Source: a virus
Virus record (IMG/VR): IMGVR_UViG_3300030380_005901
Location: 32,001 to 96,000 of that record
Length of the DNA stretch: 64,000 nucleotides
Reading direction: 5' to 3' (one strand)
Part shown: one piece after another, positions 47,361 through 57,487 of the stretch
How the letters are laid out: each line of letters starts with the position of its first letter
Position numbering within the stretch: position 1 is the stretch's first letter
The notes under the pieces: model-generated
The model's input: only the letters and a program-made list of their open reading frames with translations
What the model was told of the DNA's origin: nothing
Database searches by the model: none
Made by a program: the position numbers and the translations under genes

Positions 47361-47435
47361 AATTTCTATTTTTTTATTTTATTTTGTTATTATAGATTAT
47401 AACAACTTTAAATATAAATAAAGAATATAATAAAG

Positions 47436-48122
47436 TCAATCTTTATTTATTTCTCTAATTAAAATTCTCTTTACAATAGGTAGGAAAGTATTTTCAAAAG
47501 GTATTTCTTTTTTACTGTGTGCACCATATGTCATCATAGGTATATCATCTATATGGTTAATATATTCTTGTTTAATATCTTCATGACTACTAAACTCAGA
47601 TATGTTTTGTGTAGTGATTGGTTCTGTTTTTAACATTTTATATTTGTTACCTTCTAATATTAAACTATCCATTTTATATTTGTAGATAATACTACTTTTT
47701 GTGGTGAGTATTAAGTAACCTTCATCTTTATTATCAGTAATTATACCCACACTATTAAATGTAATATCTTTTTCTATATTATCACATATTTTTCTTCCCT
47801 CTTCTATCGTACCTTTTATTCTACGAAGGGCGTAATTAATTAGTTTTTGGATTTCAACAAAGATATCGTCTTCTATTGTTGTATAAATTAACTCCATATT
47901 TTTGAAGTCTATAGATGTAAGTTCTTTGGGAGTGATTTTATCCTTTTGTTCTAATAAATCTTTTAAGGATCTAAACTCTTCTATACAGTCGGAAAGATAA
48001 GGATATATTTTATTTTCTTTAAATTGGTTATTTACTCTTTGCAAGTAATCTAAAAGAATATACTTTTTATATTCAAAATCAGTATTATCTTTAGTTAACC
48101 AGTCCTTATCTAATTTCTCCAT
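47436..48122 (-). CDS. Conserved hypothetical protein, Bacteroidota-like
   Basis: DFEYKKYILLDYLQ..IYPYLS, EGYL, TFLPI.KR. Confidence 0.65.
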   Translation of the reverse strand: MEKLDKDWLTKDNTDFEYKKYILLDYLQRVNNQFKENKIYPYLSDCIEEFRSLKDLLEQKDKITPKELTSIDFKNMELIYTTIEDDIFVEIQKLINYALRRIKGTIEEGRKICDNIEKDITFNSVGIITDNKDEGYLILTTKSSIIYKYKMDSLILEGNKYKMLKTEPITTQNISEFSSHEDIKQEYINHIDDIPMMTYGAHSKKEIPFENTFLPIVKRILIREINKD

Positions 48123-48147
48123 ATAATATAAATATGGAGGTAAATTA

Positions 48148-48474
48148 TTAAACTAATTCTTCTACAATACCAATTATTTCACTTACAACTAATACAGATG
48201 CGGCAATTACTAAATCAAATGGTATTAATATATACCCTATTATCCTTATGCCACTTTTAATAAAAGAAACTATCTGATGCCATTTTTGGTTAGGCATTTT
48301 ATCTATATCTTTATCCTCAGTTGAATCGGGTATATATCCCCACGCCTTAATATTTATTTTCTCCTGTTGAGTTAATTCTATTGGGTTTTTTTCACCAGTA
48401 ATTTCCTCATAATGTGGATTCAATTCTCCTGTATAAGGATCATGTGTCGGTACTTGAAATTTTATTTTACTCAT
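48148..48474 (-). CDS. Hypothetical protein with C-terminal TM
   Basis: DPYTGELNPHYEEITG; ISFIKS.IRI.GY..EIIGIVEELV. Confidence 0.6.
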   Translation of the reverse strand: MSKIKFQVPTHDPYTGELNPHYEEITGEKNPIELTQQEKINIKAWGYIPDSTEDKDIDKMPNQKWHQIVSFIKSGIRIIGYILIPFDLVIAASVLVVSEIIGIVEELV

Positions 48475-48484
48475 AATTTTTATT

Positions 48485-48835
48485 TTAATTTTTCCAAAAA
48501 ACTTGTATACAAATTAATATTAAACATAACATTAATGATGTTATTGTTTTACTACTAATACTTTCATTAAAAAAATGACTTACACAAATAGTATACACAA
48601 TTATCCCTACCCCAAAACCTACAAATCTAACCGGCCAAAAATAACCGCCAAAAGCTTGAACAGTATATTTAGTTGCCCATAAATATGCAAATGATAAAGG
48701 TATACCTATTAAGGCAATTACCCATTCATTATCTCTAGCCCATTTCCAAATGAATTGTGAGTTTAATTGAAACCATGTTATTATCTGTGCGATAAGAAAC
48801 ATAAACACACCTATACCTAATAATTTATAATTCAT
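48485..48835 (-). CDS. Four-TM membrane protein (SMR/DMT-like)
   Basis: WFQLNSQF.W, WP.RF.GF; four hydrophobic segments. Confidence 0.6.
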   Translation of the reverse strand: MNYKLLGIGVFMFLIAQIITWFQLNSQFIWKWARDNEWVIALIGIPLSFAYLWATKYTVQAFGGYFWPVRFVGFGVGIIVYTICVSHFFNESISSKTITSLMLCLILICIQVFWKN

Positions 48836-49217
48836 ATTTTGTTTTTTGTCTAACCAACATTTCATTGGTTACTTGTTCCTTACTTAAATATGTGAAAGGA
48901 TTATCCATACCTTCTGCGTACAACTCAAACGATGTTACCCCATCACCATATAATCCACTTCCACCAGTTCTTCCACCCCCAACTACTGAGAACCAACCAC
49001 CTTCTCCTTTATCACTTAAAGGGAAGTATTCTACTGCTGCAACTCCGTTAGGTACAATATGATGAGGTTTAAATTTTAAATCTTTAAATGTTTTAACACC
49101 TAAGATATCTGAGGCTTCATCTTCAGTAAAACCCATTAAATCTACTAACTCACTGTAGGCTTGTACGGCATCTTTATCTTTAATATATTTTACGATATCT
49201 GTTGGTATGTTTTTCAT
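48825..49217 (-). CDS. Hypothetical protein
   Basis: TFKDLKFKPH..SVV..LYGDG..FE; start chosen at MKNIP. Confidence 0.6.
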   Translation of the reverse strand: MKNIPTDIVKYIKDKDAVQAYSELVDLMGFTEDEASDILGVKTFKDLKFKPHHIVPNGVAAVEYFPLSDKGEGGWFSVVGGGRTGGSGLYGDGVTSFELYAEGMDNPFTYLSKEQVTNEMLVRQKTKYEL

Positions 49218-49259
49218 AATTGTAAATATAGTAAAAATATGTTGATAAAACAAATTATT

Positions 49260-49472
49260 TTATAAATAATCGTTTTCTTTTAATTCTTCGTTTGTAGGGT
49301 AACCAATAATTTTTCCACAATCATTACATATTTTTAACACATGTTTTCTATCTTCATAATATTTTAATGAAGTATCTTCATGTAAACATTTATTTTGTAT
49401 TTCAATTAATTCGTCAGTTAATAACTTAATATTATTTTTAATATCATTAACTTTAGTTCTAATATTTTCCAT
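49260..49472 (-). CDS. Small zinc-finger protein
   Basis: CxH...CxxC. Confidence 0.6.
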   Translation of the reverse strand: MENIRTKVNDIKNNIKLLTDELIEIQNKCLHEDTSLKYYEDRKHVLKICNDCGKIIGYPTNEELKENDYL

Positions 49473-49482
49473 TGGGTAGGTT

Positions 49483-50406
49483 TTAAGAAATTAACCCCTC
49501 TTCTTTGTATAGTTTAGATATTCTGTTTCTTGCATAATCACAAAACTTTTCCACTAAATCGATACCAATATATTGTCTATTCATTTTAGAAGAAGCGTAT
49601 GGTGTTGTACCAGTACCTGAAAAATTATCTAACACAATTTCATTTTCTTTAGAATATAAATCTATGAAGAAGGACGCAAAGTCTGTGGAGAAAGTAGCTT
49701 CATGACCCTCAACTTTACCATCGTTATTTCGTGCCTCAATAAAATTATAATAATTATTGTAGTACTTTTGACCTGTTCTTGACACTGAAGACACTGTTTT
49801 ATTCGCCTTAAAATAAGGAGTCTTTGCGAATATATAAACCATTTCTACAATTCTTGTTACCCTATTTGGGTGTCCTGATACAGGCATTGCAGATTTCTTT
49901 TTCCAAGCAAATGTATCATATATTCTAAAATCAGTATGATTAAATACCTCGTTAATAAGGAAATAAGGTAGTGATGGGTTAAAAGTAGTATAACTAAAAT
50001 TAAATACTACAACACCATCTTTTTTTAATATTCTTTCGTATTGTTTAAAATTTTCTACAATCCATTCTAAGTAATCGTCTACTGATTGGTTATCTTTAAT
50101 CTGATCTTTAGCACCAGGATATTTGTGATTATCTTGTCTTATAGATGCTAAGTAAGGTGGTGAAGTTAAAATTAAATCAATAGTACCCTCATTAATTTTA
50201 CCCATAGTTTCTACTGTATCACCACAATATATTTTATTGGTTTCTAAACCTACATCACTACTATCAATTAATTTGGTTGGGTATTTAGTAAGGAGAGAAT
50301 TTTGCATATCTATTACACTTTCGTCTGTTTTCTCAACATCTACTATCATATCTTCAAATAGTAGGTACTGAACATTCGAAGATTGTTTTCTTTTGGGTCT
50401 TTTCAT
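49483..50406 (-). CDS. DNA methyltransferase, N4-C/N6-A beta class
   Basis: TSPPY precedes VLDNFSGTGTT. Confidence 0.9.
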   Translation of the reverse strand: MKRPKRKQSSNVQYLLFEDMIVDVEKTDESVIDMQNSLLTKYPTKLIDSSDVGLETNKIYCGDTVETMGKINEGTIDLILTSPPYLASIRQDNHKYPGAKDQIKDNQSVDDYLEWIVENFKQYERILKKDGVVVFNFSYTTFNPSLPYFLINEVFNHTDFRIYDTFAWKKKSAMPVSGHPNRVTRIVEMVYIFAKTPYFKANKTVSSVSRTGQKYYNNYYNFIEARNNDGKVEGHEATFSTDFASFFIDLYSKENEIVLDNFSGTGTTPYASSKMNRQYIGIDLVEKFCDYARNRISKLYKEEGLIS

Positions 50407-50427
50407 AAAACTTTAATTTAATAACAC

Positions 50428-50787
50428 TTAGTCATTAATTACTTTAGATTTAGCGTTAGTTAATACTTTTTCTTTTACATCTACATTTTTATTCATAGTA
50501 AACCAACTATCTTCATATTGGTTTCTACTGTCTTCTATTACATCATAAACGGGATCTATTTCTAAAAGATATAATTTTCTATATGTCTCTTTAGATAATA
50601 TATCCATGTTGTCATTTAAAAAAGATTTCATATCTTCAATATCATTAGTGATATAGTCCATAAATTCTTTATGTTTTTTACCAATAAATGCAGGTGTACA
50701 TTTTCTAAATTCATCCATTTCGAAAACAAATTCTTTAGTGGTTTGTGTTACACTAAAAGTTTCTATTTTTTGTATACCTATTTTCAT
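50428..50787 (-). CDS. Hypothetical protein
   Basis: ORF with TATTTAT upstream. Confidence 0.55.
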   Translation of the reverse strand: MKIGIQKIETFSVTQTTKEFVFEMDEFRKCTPAFIGKKHKEFMDYITNDIEDMKSFLNDNMDILSKETYRKLYLLEIDPVYDVIEDSRNQYEDSWFTMNKNVDVKEKVLTNAKSKVIND

Positions 50788-50839
50788 AATTACTCATTCA
50801 TTTATAAATATAATTAAATTAACCCTATATGTCAAACTT

Positions 50840-50865
50840 AGACAAATTGTGACAAAAGTGTGACA
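50840..50865. promoter_or_regulatory. PhoB/OmpR-type repeats AGACA/TGACA/TGACA
   Basis: agaca aattg tgaca aaagtg tgaca. Confidence 0.55.
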
Positions 50866-50869
50866 TTTA

Positions 50870-51412
50870 TCATACACCCTTAAGTTTAATTTTAATATTG
50901 TGTGGTGCTCTTTCATCACCACCGAAATATGGGTATAGATAATACCTTTTGAAGTCTTGTGTACAAGGTCTTTCTACTTCTACTACCACACCATTAACCC
51001 CTAAAATGTACTTATCATCCTTTAATTCTAAATCTAAATATATTACTTCGTTAATCTCCACAGATGTTATTTTATCAAAATCAAAGTTACCATTTAAATG
51101 TCTGAACCATAATATTTCTAAACTATCGTTTAACCATCTCCATCCAAATCTAATTGAGTTATCCATATGGTTATTACCACAGTCCGATACTCCCCACAAT
51201 TTATTTACGTCCCACTGATTAACAGGGTCTTCAGTAGTGTATATTGCACTATTATCAAAAATGCATTCCACTTTAAATTTATTTTCTCTAGAAGTTTTAT
51301 ATCTATAACCTGATCGATGTTTACCCTCTTTAATAGTGAATGTTTTAAATCCATTTTCGTCTATCTTACTACAAGATAGAAAAGAAAACATACAGATAAA
51401 AAATTTTTTCAT
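50870..51412 (-). CDS. Putative lipoprotein
   Basis: Short signal with LSC; NKLWG, S.RFGWRW, LYPYFGG. Confidence 0.65.
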   Translation of the reverse strand: MKKFFICMFSFLSCSKIDENGFKTFTIKEGKHRSGYRYKTSRENKFKVECIFDNSAIYTTEDPVNQWDVNKLWGVSDCGNNHMDNSIRFGWRWLNDSLEILWFRHLNGNFDFDKITSVEINEVIYLDLELKDDKYILGVNGVVVEVERPCTQDFKRYYLYPYFGGDERAPHNIKIKLKGV

Positions 51413-52317
51413 AAATAATCGTGTTTAAATAAATCCAACTGCATTCCATAACAAGGTGCATCTAATACGTTATCTCCATAATTCATAATTAACAACTCTT
51501 CACCCATATTTTGTTTAACCCCACTTTTTGCTGCAGCTGCTTTTGCAAATTCTTTTTTCTCCCAAACATATTCATGCTTTGGAAACCATTTTCTTAATAG
51601 TTCGAAATCATAATAACTTAACGAAAACATCCCTTCCATTTCTTTTATACAGTCTGCCAATCTTTCATGATCGTTTCTATCAAAATCATGATTAGAATAA
51701 TAGTTTTCTGTTTTCCAATATGGTGGATCGATATAAAAGTAAGTTTTTTCAGAATCATATTTTTCTATGACTTCTTGAAAATCCATATTTTCTACAAAAG
51801 TAATTTTATCAAAATGTTCTCTGTATTTAGGATTCTTTAGTTTATCCATAAATATTAGAACCTTACATCTATATTTACCTTTATAATCTGTATAACTAGA
51901 TGTTTCTGGTTTAGAACCAGAAAATATTTGAGTAAGGACATATACATACTTTGCAGCAATCTCAAATTTATTATCATCAGTTATTTCAAAATCAGTATGA
52001 AATATTTCTTGTTGGTATTCGTTAAACATATCAACGTATTCTTTTGGTGTATCTTCTACACCTAATTGTTGACATGGATATTTGTTCAATTCATCCCAAA
52101 GTCTATCATACTCTAAGGTACATTTAAATAAATTTGTATTTAGTCCGTTAAAGTCATTATAAACAACTGTCTTAAGGTTAGGAAATTGTTTTAAATCCAT
52201 ATTAAAAAATACCCAAAACATTCCACCAAATGTTTCTACATATGTTTCTATATCTCTAGGTATGTATGGTACAATCCATTTACCTATTCGTGCTTTACCG
52301 CCAATATAACTTATCAT
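51409..52317 (-). CDS. DNA adenine methyltransferase (Dam/D12 class)
   Basis: YIGGK, YVETFGG, YNDFN, YIDPPY, ELLIMNY. Confidence 0.9.
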   Translation of the reverse strand: MISYIGGKARIGKWIVPYIPRDIETYVETFGGMFWVFFNMDLKQFPNLKTVVYNDFNGLNTNLFKCTLEYDRLWDELNKYPCQQLGVEDTPKEYVDMFNEYQQEIFHTDFEITDDNKFEIAAKYVYVLTQIFSGSKPETSSYTDYKGKYRCKVLIFMDKLKNPKYREHFDKITFVENMDFQEVIEKYDSEKTYFYIDPPYWKTENYYSNHDFDRNDHERLADCIKEMEGMFSLSYYDFELLRKWFPKHEYVWEKKEFAKAAAAKSGVKQNMGEELLIMNYGDNVLDAPCYGMQLDLFKHDYL

Positions 52318-52385
52318 CTATTATAAAATTACTTTAATTTGTGTAAATGTCAAGTATAAACCGTACATTTTTTTTAAATATACGA

Positions 52386-53096
52386 TTATTTTTCGAGTTT
52401 TTCAATTATTTCATCAATAATTCCATATTCCAAAGCTTCTTCGGAGTCTAACCAATTATCTCTATTACAATCTGCTAAGACTCTTTTTTTAGTTTTACCA
52501 CAAAAATCTGCTAACATCTGAAATAATTTGTCATTATACTTTTCTGCTTCTGCTAGACTAATTTTCATATCTTCTACGTGCCCTTGTGCACCTGCAGATA
52601 CTTGATGTAACATTACTTTAGAATTAGGTAGAGCAAACCTTTTCCCTTTTGTCCCATTACCTAATAGAATAGATCCCATAGAAGCTGCCATACCAGTATT
52701 AATAGTCACAATATCGGATTTAACATAATTCATAACATCTACCATACTTAATCCTGACTTAACTGATCCACCTGGCGAATCTACGTGTACAATTATATCT
52801 CGACATTCAACGTTATCTAAAAACATTAATTGTGCTTGTACAACAGTACTCATTTGATCATTCACCGGACCCGCAACCCACAATATCCTATCCATCATTA
52901 ATCGTGAGAAAATGTCCATCTGAGTTACTCTCATTTCTCTTTCCTCTAATATATAAGGTGTGAGACTAGAAGTTACCATACTATTATTGTAGACACTATC
53001 TTGTAGTTTTTCCCAATAGTGAAACTGTATTCCACTAATACCTAAATGCTTCATAGCATAATTCTTAAATTCACTGTAAAAATCTAAATTCATCAT
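52386..53096 (-). CDS. clpP: ATP-dependent Clp protease proteolytic subunit
   Basis: MDIFSRLMMDRI, SPGG, AASMGS, MLHQ, RDNWL. Confidence 0.95.
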   Translation of the reverse strand: MMNLDFYSEFKNYAMKHLGISGIQFHYWEKLQDSVYNNSMVTSSLTPYILEEREMRVTQMDIFSRLMMDRILWVAGPVNDQMSTVVQAQLMFLDNVECRDIIVHVDSPGGSVKSGLSMVDVMNYVKSDIVTINTGMAASMGSILLGNGTKGKRFALPNSKVMLHQVSAGAQGHVEDMKISLAEAEKYNDKLFQMLADFCGKTKKRVLADCNRDNWLDSEEALEYGIIDEIIEKLEK

Positions 53097-53107
53097 TTCT
53101 TATTTTT

Positions 53108-53752
53108 TTATACTTTAAAAAATTCTTTAACATACTCTAATATTGATCTTTTAGGTTTGATAAATTCAATATCTTCGTTACACTTTTCTTTTGTTTTGAA
53201 TACAATACATAACCTATGATAACCATCAAATATAGGTGCATAGTCTCCTTTATTTACTACCCATTTAAATTTTAATTGATTATGTGGTATAAAACCATCT
53301 TTACAATAAATTCCTCTATTCGAATGGGTTATACTATCCATAATAATATTACTATATCTTTTCCACCAATCCGTTTTCATTAAATTATCAATAAATTTAT
53401 TATACTCATCTGCATTGGTGAAATTATCATAGTAAGGGTGTCCTTCTCCCCAGTTACTTCTACTAGGTGATACTTTTATTATTGGTTCGGAATATAATCT
53501 ATATTTTTTTAGTTGATTTAAATTATACTTTTTTATTTCATATAGATTACCATCTTCATCTATTGCATCACATTTAACAAATTTAGATTCACTAAGTATA
53601 GGTTTAAATTTTTTAGGACATTTATCTAAACTACATAATTTATCAATATTACTTTTTCCTTCACCAGACCAATATAATCTAGGTCTTTTCATATGTCTAC
53701 TTAACCCATGTACCCTACAAATATAATCTTCAAAATCTTTATTGGTTTTCAT
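53108..53752 (-). CDS. PD-(D/E)xK nuclease-like protein
   Basis: DFE..I, CDAIDEDGNLYEIKK. Confidence 0.5.
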   Translation of the reverse strand: MKTNKDFEDYICRVHGLSRHMKRPRLYWSGEGKSNIDKLCSLDKCPKKFKPILSESKFVKCDAIDEDGNLYEIKKYNLNQLKKYRLYSEPIIKVSPSRSNWGEGHPYYDNFTNADEYNKFIDNLMKTDWWKRYSNIIMDSITHSNRGIYCKDGFIPHNQLKFKWVVNKGDYAPIFDGYHRLCIVFKTKEKCNEDIEFIKPKRSILEYVKEFFKV

Positions 53753-54389
53753 ATTCTACTTTTTTAGTATCTTCAATTATTTCTTTTCTTTCTGGTTTAT
53801 CAAACTCAACAAACATATCATGTTTTTCACATATCCTACTTAAAAAATATTTAGATAACCATAAATCATTTTCGTTAACAAAATTACCTTCACTCATTAA
53901 GTTGTATTCCCACTGCCCTAATAATTCTTTAGCGTTTATATCTGTAATTTTTAAACCTGCAGATAAACACACATCTAAATGCTCTTCCATTATTTCTCTA
54001 CCTAAAACTCTTCCATAACCAACACCACAATATTCTCCCAATGATGTCCCAAATTTATGATCATGAATAATCTTTGGTAGATAATATGTTTGCCTAAACC
54101 CAAACAAAACTTTTTCTTCTTCATTAATTTCTAACCTTTCATCTGTATTTGATGTGTCACACATAACTAAGAATGCTTGTTTTCTTTTTGGGTCTACAAC
54201 TACTCTATTAGGGATTAAAAGAGATTGTTCACTTTTATCACCCCATATAGGTAATTCTTCGGGACAAGGACCGTTTTTTCTTAACGTATTATATTTAGGG
54301 TATTTATGTGGATCAAAATCCCATATTTTAGTTTTACCTCTTAAGGTATCTTCTGAATCTACCCAAATGTATTCTAATTTAATTAACAT
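53739..54389 (-). CDS. Truncated, degenerate glutamine synthetase II-like protein
   Basis: KLEYIW.D..LR.KT, YCGVG, EEHL..CL.AG, GQWE kept; FEQEY replaced by FRQTY; C-terminal third missing. Confidence 0.75.
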   Translation of the reverse strand: MLIKLEYIWVDSEDTLRGKTKIWDFDPHKYPKYNTLRKNGPCPEELPIWGDKSEQSLLIPNRVVVDPKRKQAFLVMCDTSNTDERLEINEEEKVLFGFRQTYYLPKIIHDHKFGTSLGEYCGVGYGRVLGREIMEEHLDVCLSAGLKITDINAKELLGQWEYNLMSEGNFVNENDLWLSKYFLSRICEKHDMFVEFDKPERKEIIEDTKKVEYENQ

Positions 54390-54394
54390 ATTTT

Positions 54395-54694
54395 TTATTT
54401 GAAATCATTATTTATTCTATCCCACCAGTTCATTCTTTTAAGTCTTTTATAAATTCCATAAGGTTGTAAAATAATCCCTATTAAGAAACCATAAACTGCA
54501 ATAAAAGTACCAATAACCGGCCAAATAGGTATCCATCCTTCGTTATATTCTTGTAAGACAGGTCCTGGTACATAGAACGCCATAAATATTCCAAATAATG
54601 CCCCTATGAATTTACCTATACCTCTTCCATTCTTAAAATAGTGGTCAGTGAAAACCCATTGCAAATAGTTTTTTGGTGTATTTTTTTCTTTCAT
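54395..54694 (-). CDS. Two-TM membrane protein
   Basis: Two hydrophobic segments. Confidence 0.6.
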   Translation of the reverse strand: MKEKNTPKNYLQWVFTDHYFKNGRGIGKFIGALFGIFMAFYVPGPVLQEYNEGWIPIWPVIGTFIAVYGFLIGIILQPYGIYKRLKRMNWWDRINNDFK

Positions 54695-54735
54695 AATGTT
54701 TATGTTTTATCTATAAATATCTTAAACATTTTTAA

Positions 54736-55191
54736 TTATACAGTTACACTATTTTTTTTAGCGGCTTGTTTAGCCAAATCTTCCTGTATTTTCTTTTGTT
54801 CTTGTAATGTTTTTATAGTTTCACAAATACCAATGTACTCATCAATACTATATTGTCTTAAAACACCGCTAAATGTAGTAATGTCAGGTTTAGTTATAGA
54901 TAATTTATCAGATTCTAAACTATATACTATCTGAGCCAATAAATCTTTTACTACATACTCTTTTTGTTTATTTTCTAACTGATCGAATATAGGTTCATTG
55001 ATTTGAATTATCACATCGTAGTCAGTCATAAACTTAACTATATCTTGTGCTTTTGTCACTTGCCCAAAACAATCTTTTAAAGATTCGTTTGATAGAATCT
55101 TAATATTAACGAATCCAGGTATCCCACTATTATTTATGTGTGTATTAAACACCTCTTTCGTTTCTTCGTATACTTCTTGAAATTTTGCCAT
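54736..55191 (-). CDS. Phage metallopeptidase-like fold lacking the HExxH-type motif
   Basis: YDVIIQINE..F..L...Q, PD...F..V..Y; expected HEL.H position reads DLLAQ. Confidence 0.5.
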   Translation of the reverse strand: MAKFQEVYEETKEVFNTHINNSGIPGFVNIKILSNESLKDCFGQVTKAQDIVKFMTDYDVIIQINEPIFDQLENKQKEYVVKDLLAQIVYSLESDKLSITKPDITTFSGVLRQYSIDEYIGICETIKTLQEQKKIQEDLAKQAAKKNSVTV

Positions 55192-55236
55192 AATTAATAT
55201 ATTTTTTTACTAATTTAATCTTTTTATTCTACAAAA

Positions 55237-56259
55237 TCAAATATTTAAAGACTCAATTATTATTTTATCTTCTTTACTTATTTCTTTAGGGATGTCTACC
55301 CAAACTTCTACCATCATATCTCCTATGTTACCAGCTCTCTCCAAACCCTTTTTAGGTACTCTAAGTATATGCCCAACATCTGTTCCTTCTTTAATGGTAA
55401 TTCTTATTTTACCGTCTAAAGTTTCTAATTCTGGAGAACAACCCAAAACTAAGTCTTTATATGATAACTTAATTCTTTGGTGTATATCTTGATTATTTCT
55501 TTTAAAAACATTATGAGGTATTTCTACCATATTAATAATCAAATCACCACTAACCCCCCTCTTAATTGAGTTGCCTTTACCACGTATGGTAATATATTCA
55601 CCATCCATAACACCTTTAGGGATTTCAAAATCTATGGTTTCCTCTTTTAATTTGACACCTAACCCATTACATTTTTTACAAGGTTTTACTATAACACTAC
55701 CCTCACCATTACATTTTGGACAAATAGTCGTATTTTGAATTTTTCCAAATGGGGTACTAGTAATTCTAACCACTTGTCCTGTACCTCTACATGCGTTACA
55801 TGTCGATGTCTCACCCCCTTGAGAATTACAATCATTACATGAATCATTCCTTTTATATTTTATCTTCTTATATATACCACTATGGATATCTTCTAAAGAT
55901 AATTTCATATTAACTCTAATATCTGTCCCTTTAAATCTTTTTGGTCTTTGAGATCTACCACCAAATGGATTTCCCTCTTCACCGAAAAAAGAACTAAAGA
56001 TATCGCCCATATCAAACCCACCACCAAATGGGTTACCCCCTCTACCATCAGGTGTGCCATATGTATCATAGTTTTGTCTTTTTTGAGAATCTGATAAAAC
56101 ATCATACGCTTCTGCTACTTCTTTAAATTTTTCTTCCGCCGCAGGCTCATTATTTACGTCTGGATGATACTTTTTAGATAGTTTCCTATAAGCTTTTTTG
56201 AGTGTTGAGTCATCAACATTTTTATCAACTCCTAAAACTTTATAATAATCTTTTGTCAT
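55237..56259 (-). CDS. dnaJ: Chaperone DnaJ
   Basis: J domain with HPD, G/F region, four CxxC zinc-finger repeats, C-terminal domain. Confidence 0.95.
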   Translation of the reverse strand: MTKDYYKVLGVDKNVDDSTLKKAYRKLSKKYHPDVNNEPAAEEKFKEVAEAYDVLSDSQKRQNYDTYGTPDGRGGNPFGGGFDMGDIFSSFFGEEGNPFGGRSQRPKRFKGTDIRVNMKLSLEDIHSGIYKKIKYKRNDSCNDCNSQGGETSTCNACRGTGQVVRITSTPFGKIQNTTICPKCNGEGSVIVKPCKKCNGLGVKLKEETIDFEIPKGVMDGEYITIRGKGNSIKRGVSGDLIINMVEIPHNVFKRNNQDIHQRIKLSYKDLVLGCSPELETLDGKIRITIKEGTDVGHILRVPKKGLERAGNIGDMMVEVWVDIPKEISKEDKIIIESLNI

Positions 56260-56311
56260 TATATATTATTTATTTATAAATAATAACACTTATTTTAATA
56301 AAAATAAAGAA

Positions 56312-56959
56312 ATGCAGTATAAAATTATTATAACTAGTAATAATAAAAAGAAAAAAATATTATTTAAAGGTAGTGATTTATCATTTGCACGTAAAAAATA
56401 TTTTAAATATAAAGATACTAATAAAGTATTATTTAGTAGAGATCATATTGCCTATAAAAAAGTGAAACCAGTACATTATGAACTTATATTAGTTAAAGAA
56501 TGGGAAAAAAACGATAAAATATATACTACAAGAGACAGTATGGGTAGGAATATTGAGATTATAGATAAAAATAAAAGATGGACTATGATTGAAAAATGTG
56601 ATTACTATTTTGAGGAAAGATTTACTGTCTTTAACTCAAACAAAAGATTAACTACTATAGAAATAATTAAATCTATTTTAATGAAGAAAGAAAAAGGTTT
56701 AACTATTAAACAAGTAAACTACATAAATAACAAATTACTCATACATCAAAACAACGACTTTGATATAATACTATGTAAATGTCAAAAAGATTGTGAAAAA
56801 TTATATTATTTATTACAAGATTTTTATGAAAATAATAATTTAAATAATATAATGTTTACCGGAAAAATAAGTAAAAATAAAAAAGAAACATATAAACTTA
56901 TTAAAGATAAAACTGGATGGGATGAGTTTAAGTTATATAGGACTAAAACCAGACCTTAA
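56312..56959 (+). CDS. Basic hypothetical protein
   Basis: 215-aa ORF divergent from dnaJ. Confidence 0.65.
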   Translation: MQYKIIITSNNKKKKILFKGSDLSFARKKYFKYKDTNKVLFSRDHIAYKKVKPVHYELILVKEWEKNDKIYTTRDSMGRNIEIIDKNKRWTMIEKCDYYFEERFTVFNSNKRLTTIEIIKSILMKKEKGLTIKQVNYINNKLLIHQNNDFDIILCKCQKDCEKLYYLLQDFYENNNLNNIMFTGKISKNKKETYKLIKDKTGWDEFKLYRTKTRP

Positions 56960-57420
56960 ACCAATTGGTTTTCTAATTCTTTAATTAAAGAATCTATTTT
57001 ATTATACTCATCTTTAGTGTTAATATATAAAGGATTAATACACACTATTTTTTCTTCACCGTCTGTCGGCATAAAAAATAATCTTACATTGTCTCCTTTT
57101 TCATCTAAATATTTTTTAACATTTTCCCCATATGCGGCAACTAATTCTTTATTAGTGAATAAATCTTTACTTAAATAAAATACTAAAAATAATGGTTTTT
57201 CTACAGGATCTTCGTCTTCTTTAAACTTTTCTAATGAAACGTAACTAATATTGATCGTATCAATTTCATATTTTTCACTTAACTCTTCTTCTTTTCTCAA
57301 CCTTTCTTCATCACCATAAATGTCATAACATTCTAAGGAGTTATCATTTTGATCTTTCAAATACACTAAATACGATCTCTTTCCGTTTTTAAGTGAATAA
57401 TTTTTAGTTACTATTTTCAT
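56956..57420 (-). CDS. Hypothetical protein
   Basis: FFMPT...IVCINP. Confidence 0.6.
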   Translation of the reverse strand: MKIVTKNYSLKNGKRSYLVYLKDQNDNSLECYDIYGDEERLRKEEELSEKYEIDTINISYVSLEKFKEDEDPVEKPLFLVFYLSKDLFTNKELVAAYGENVKKYLDEKGDNVRLFFMPTDGEEKIVCINPLYINTKDEYNKIDSLIKELENQLV

Positions 57421-57487
57421 TACATATATTTATACTTTTTTATTATTATAGTATAATATTAGTTATTTTTTTTGATACTGTAAATGT

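Noticed and set aside
49483-53752. Complete restriction-modification system (two methyltransferases plus a nuclease-like gene)
   Set aside because: The genes are separated by unrelated ORFs and the nuclease call is weak; orphan protective methyltransferases are the simpler reading.
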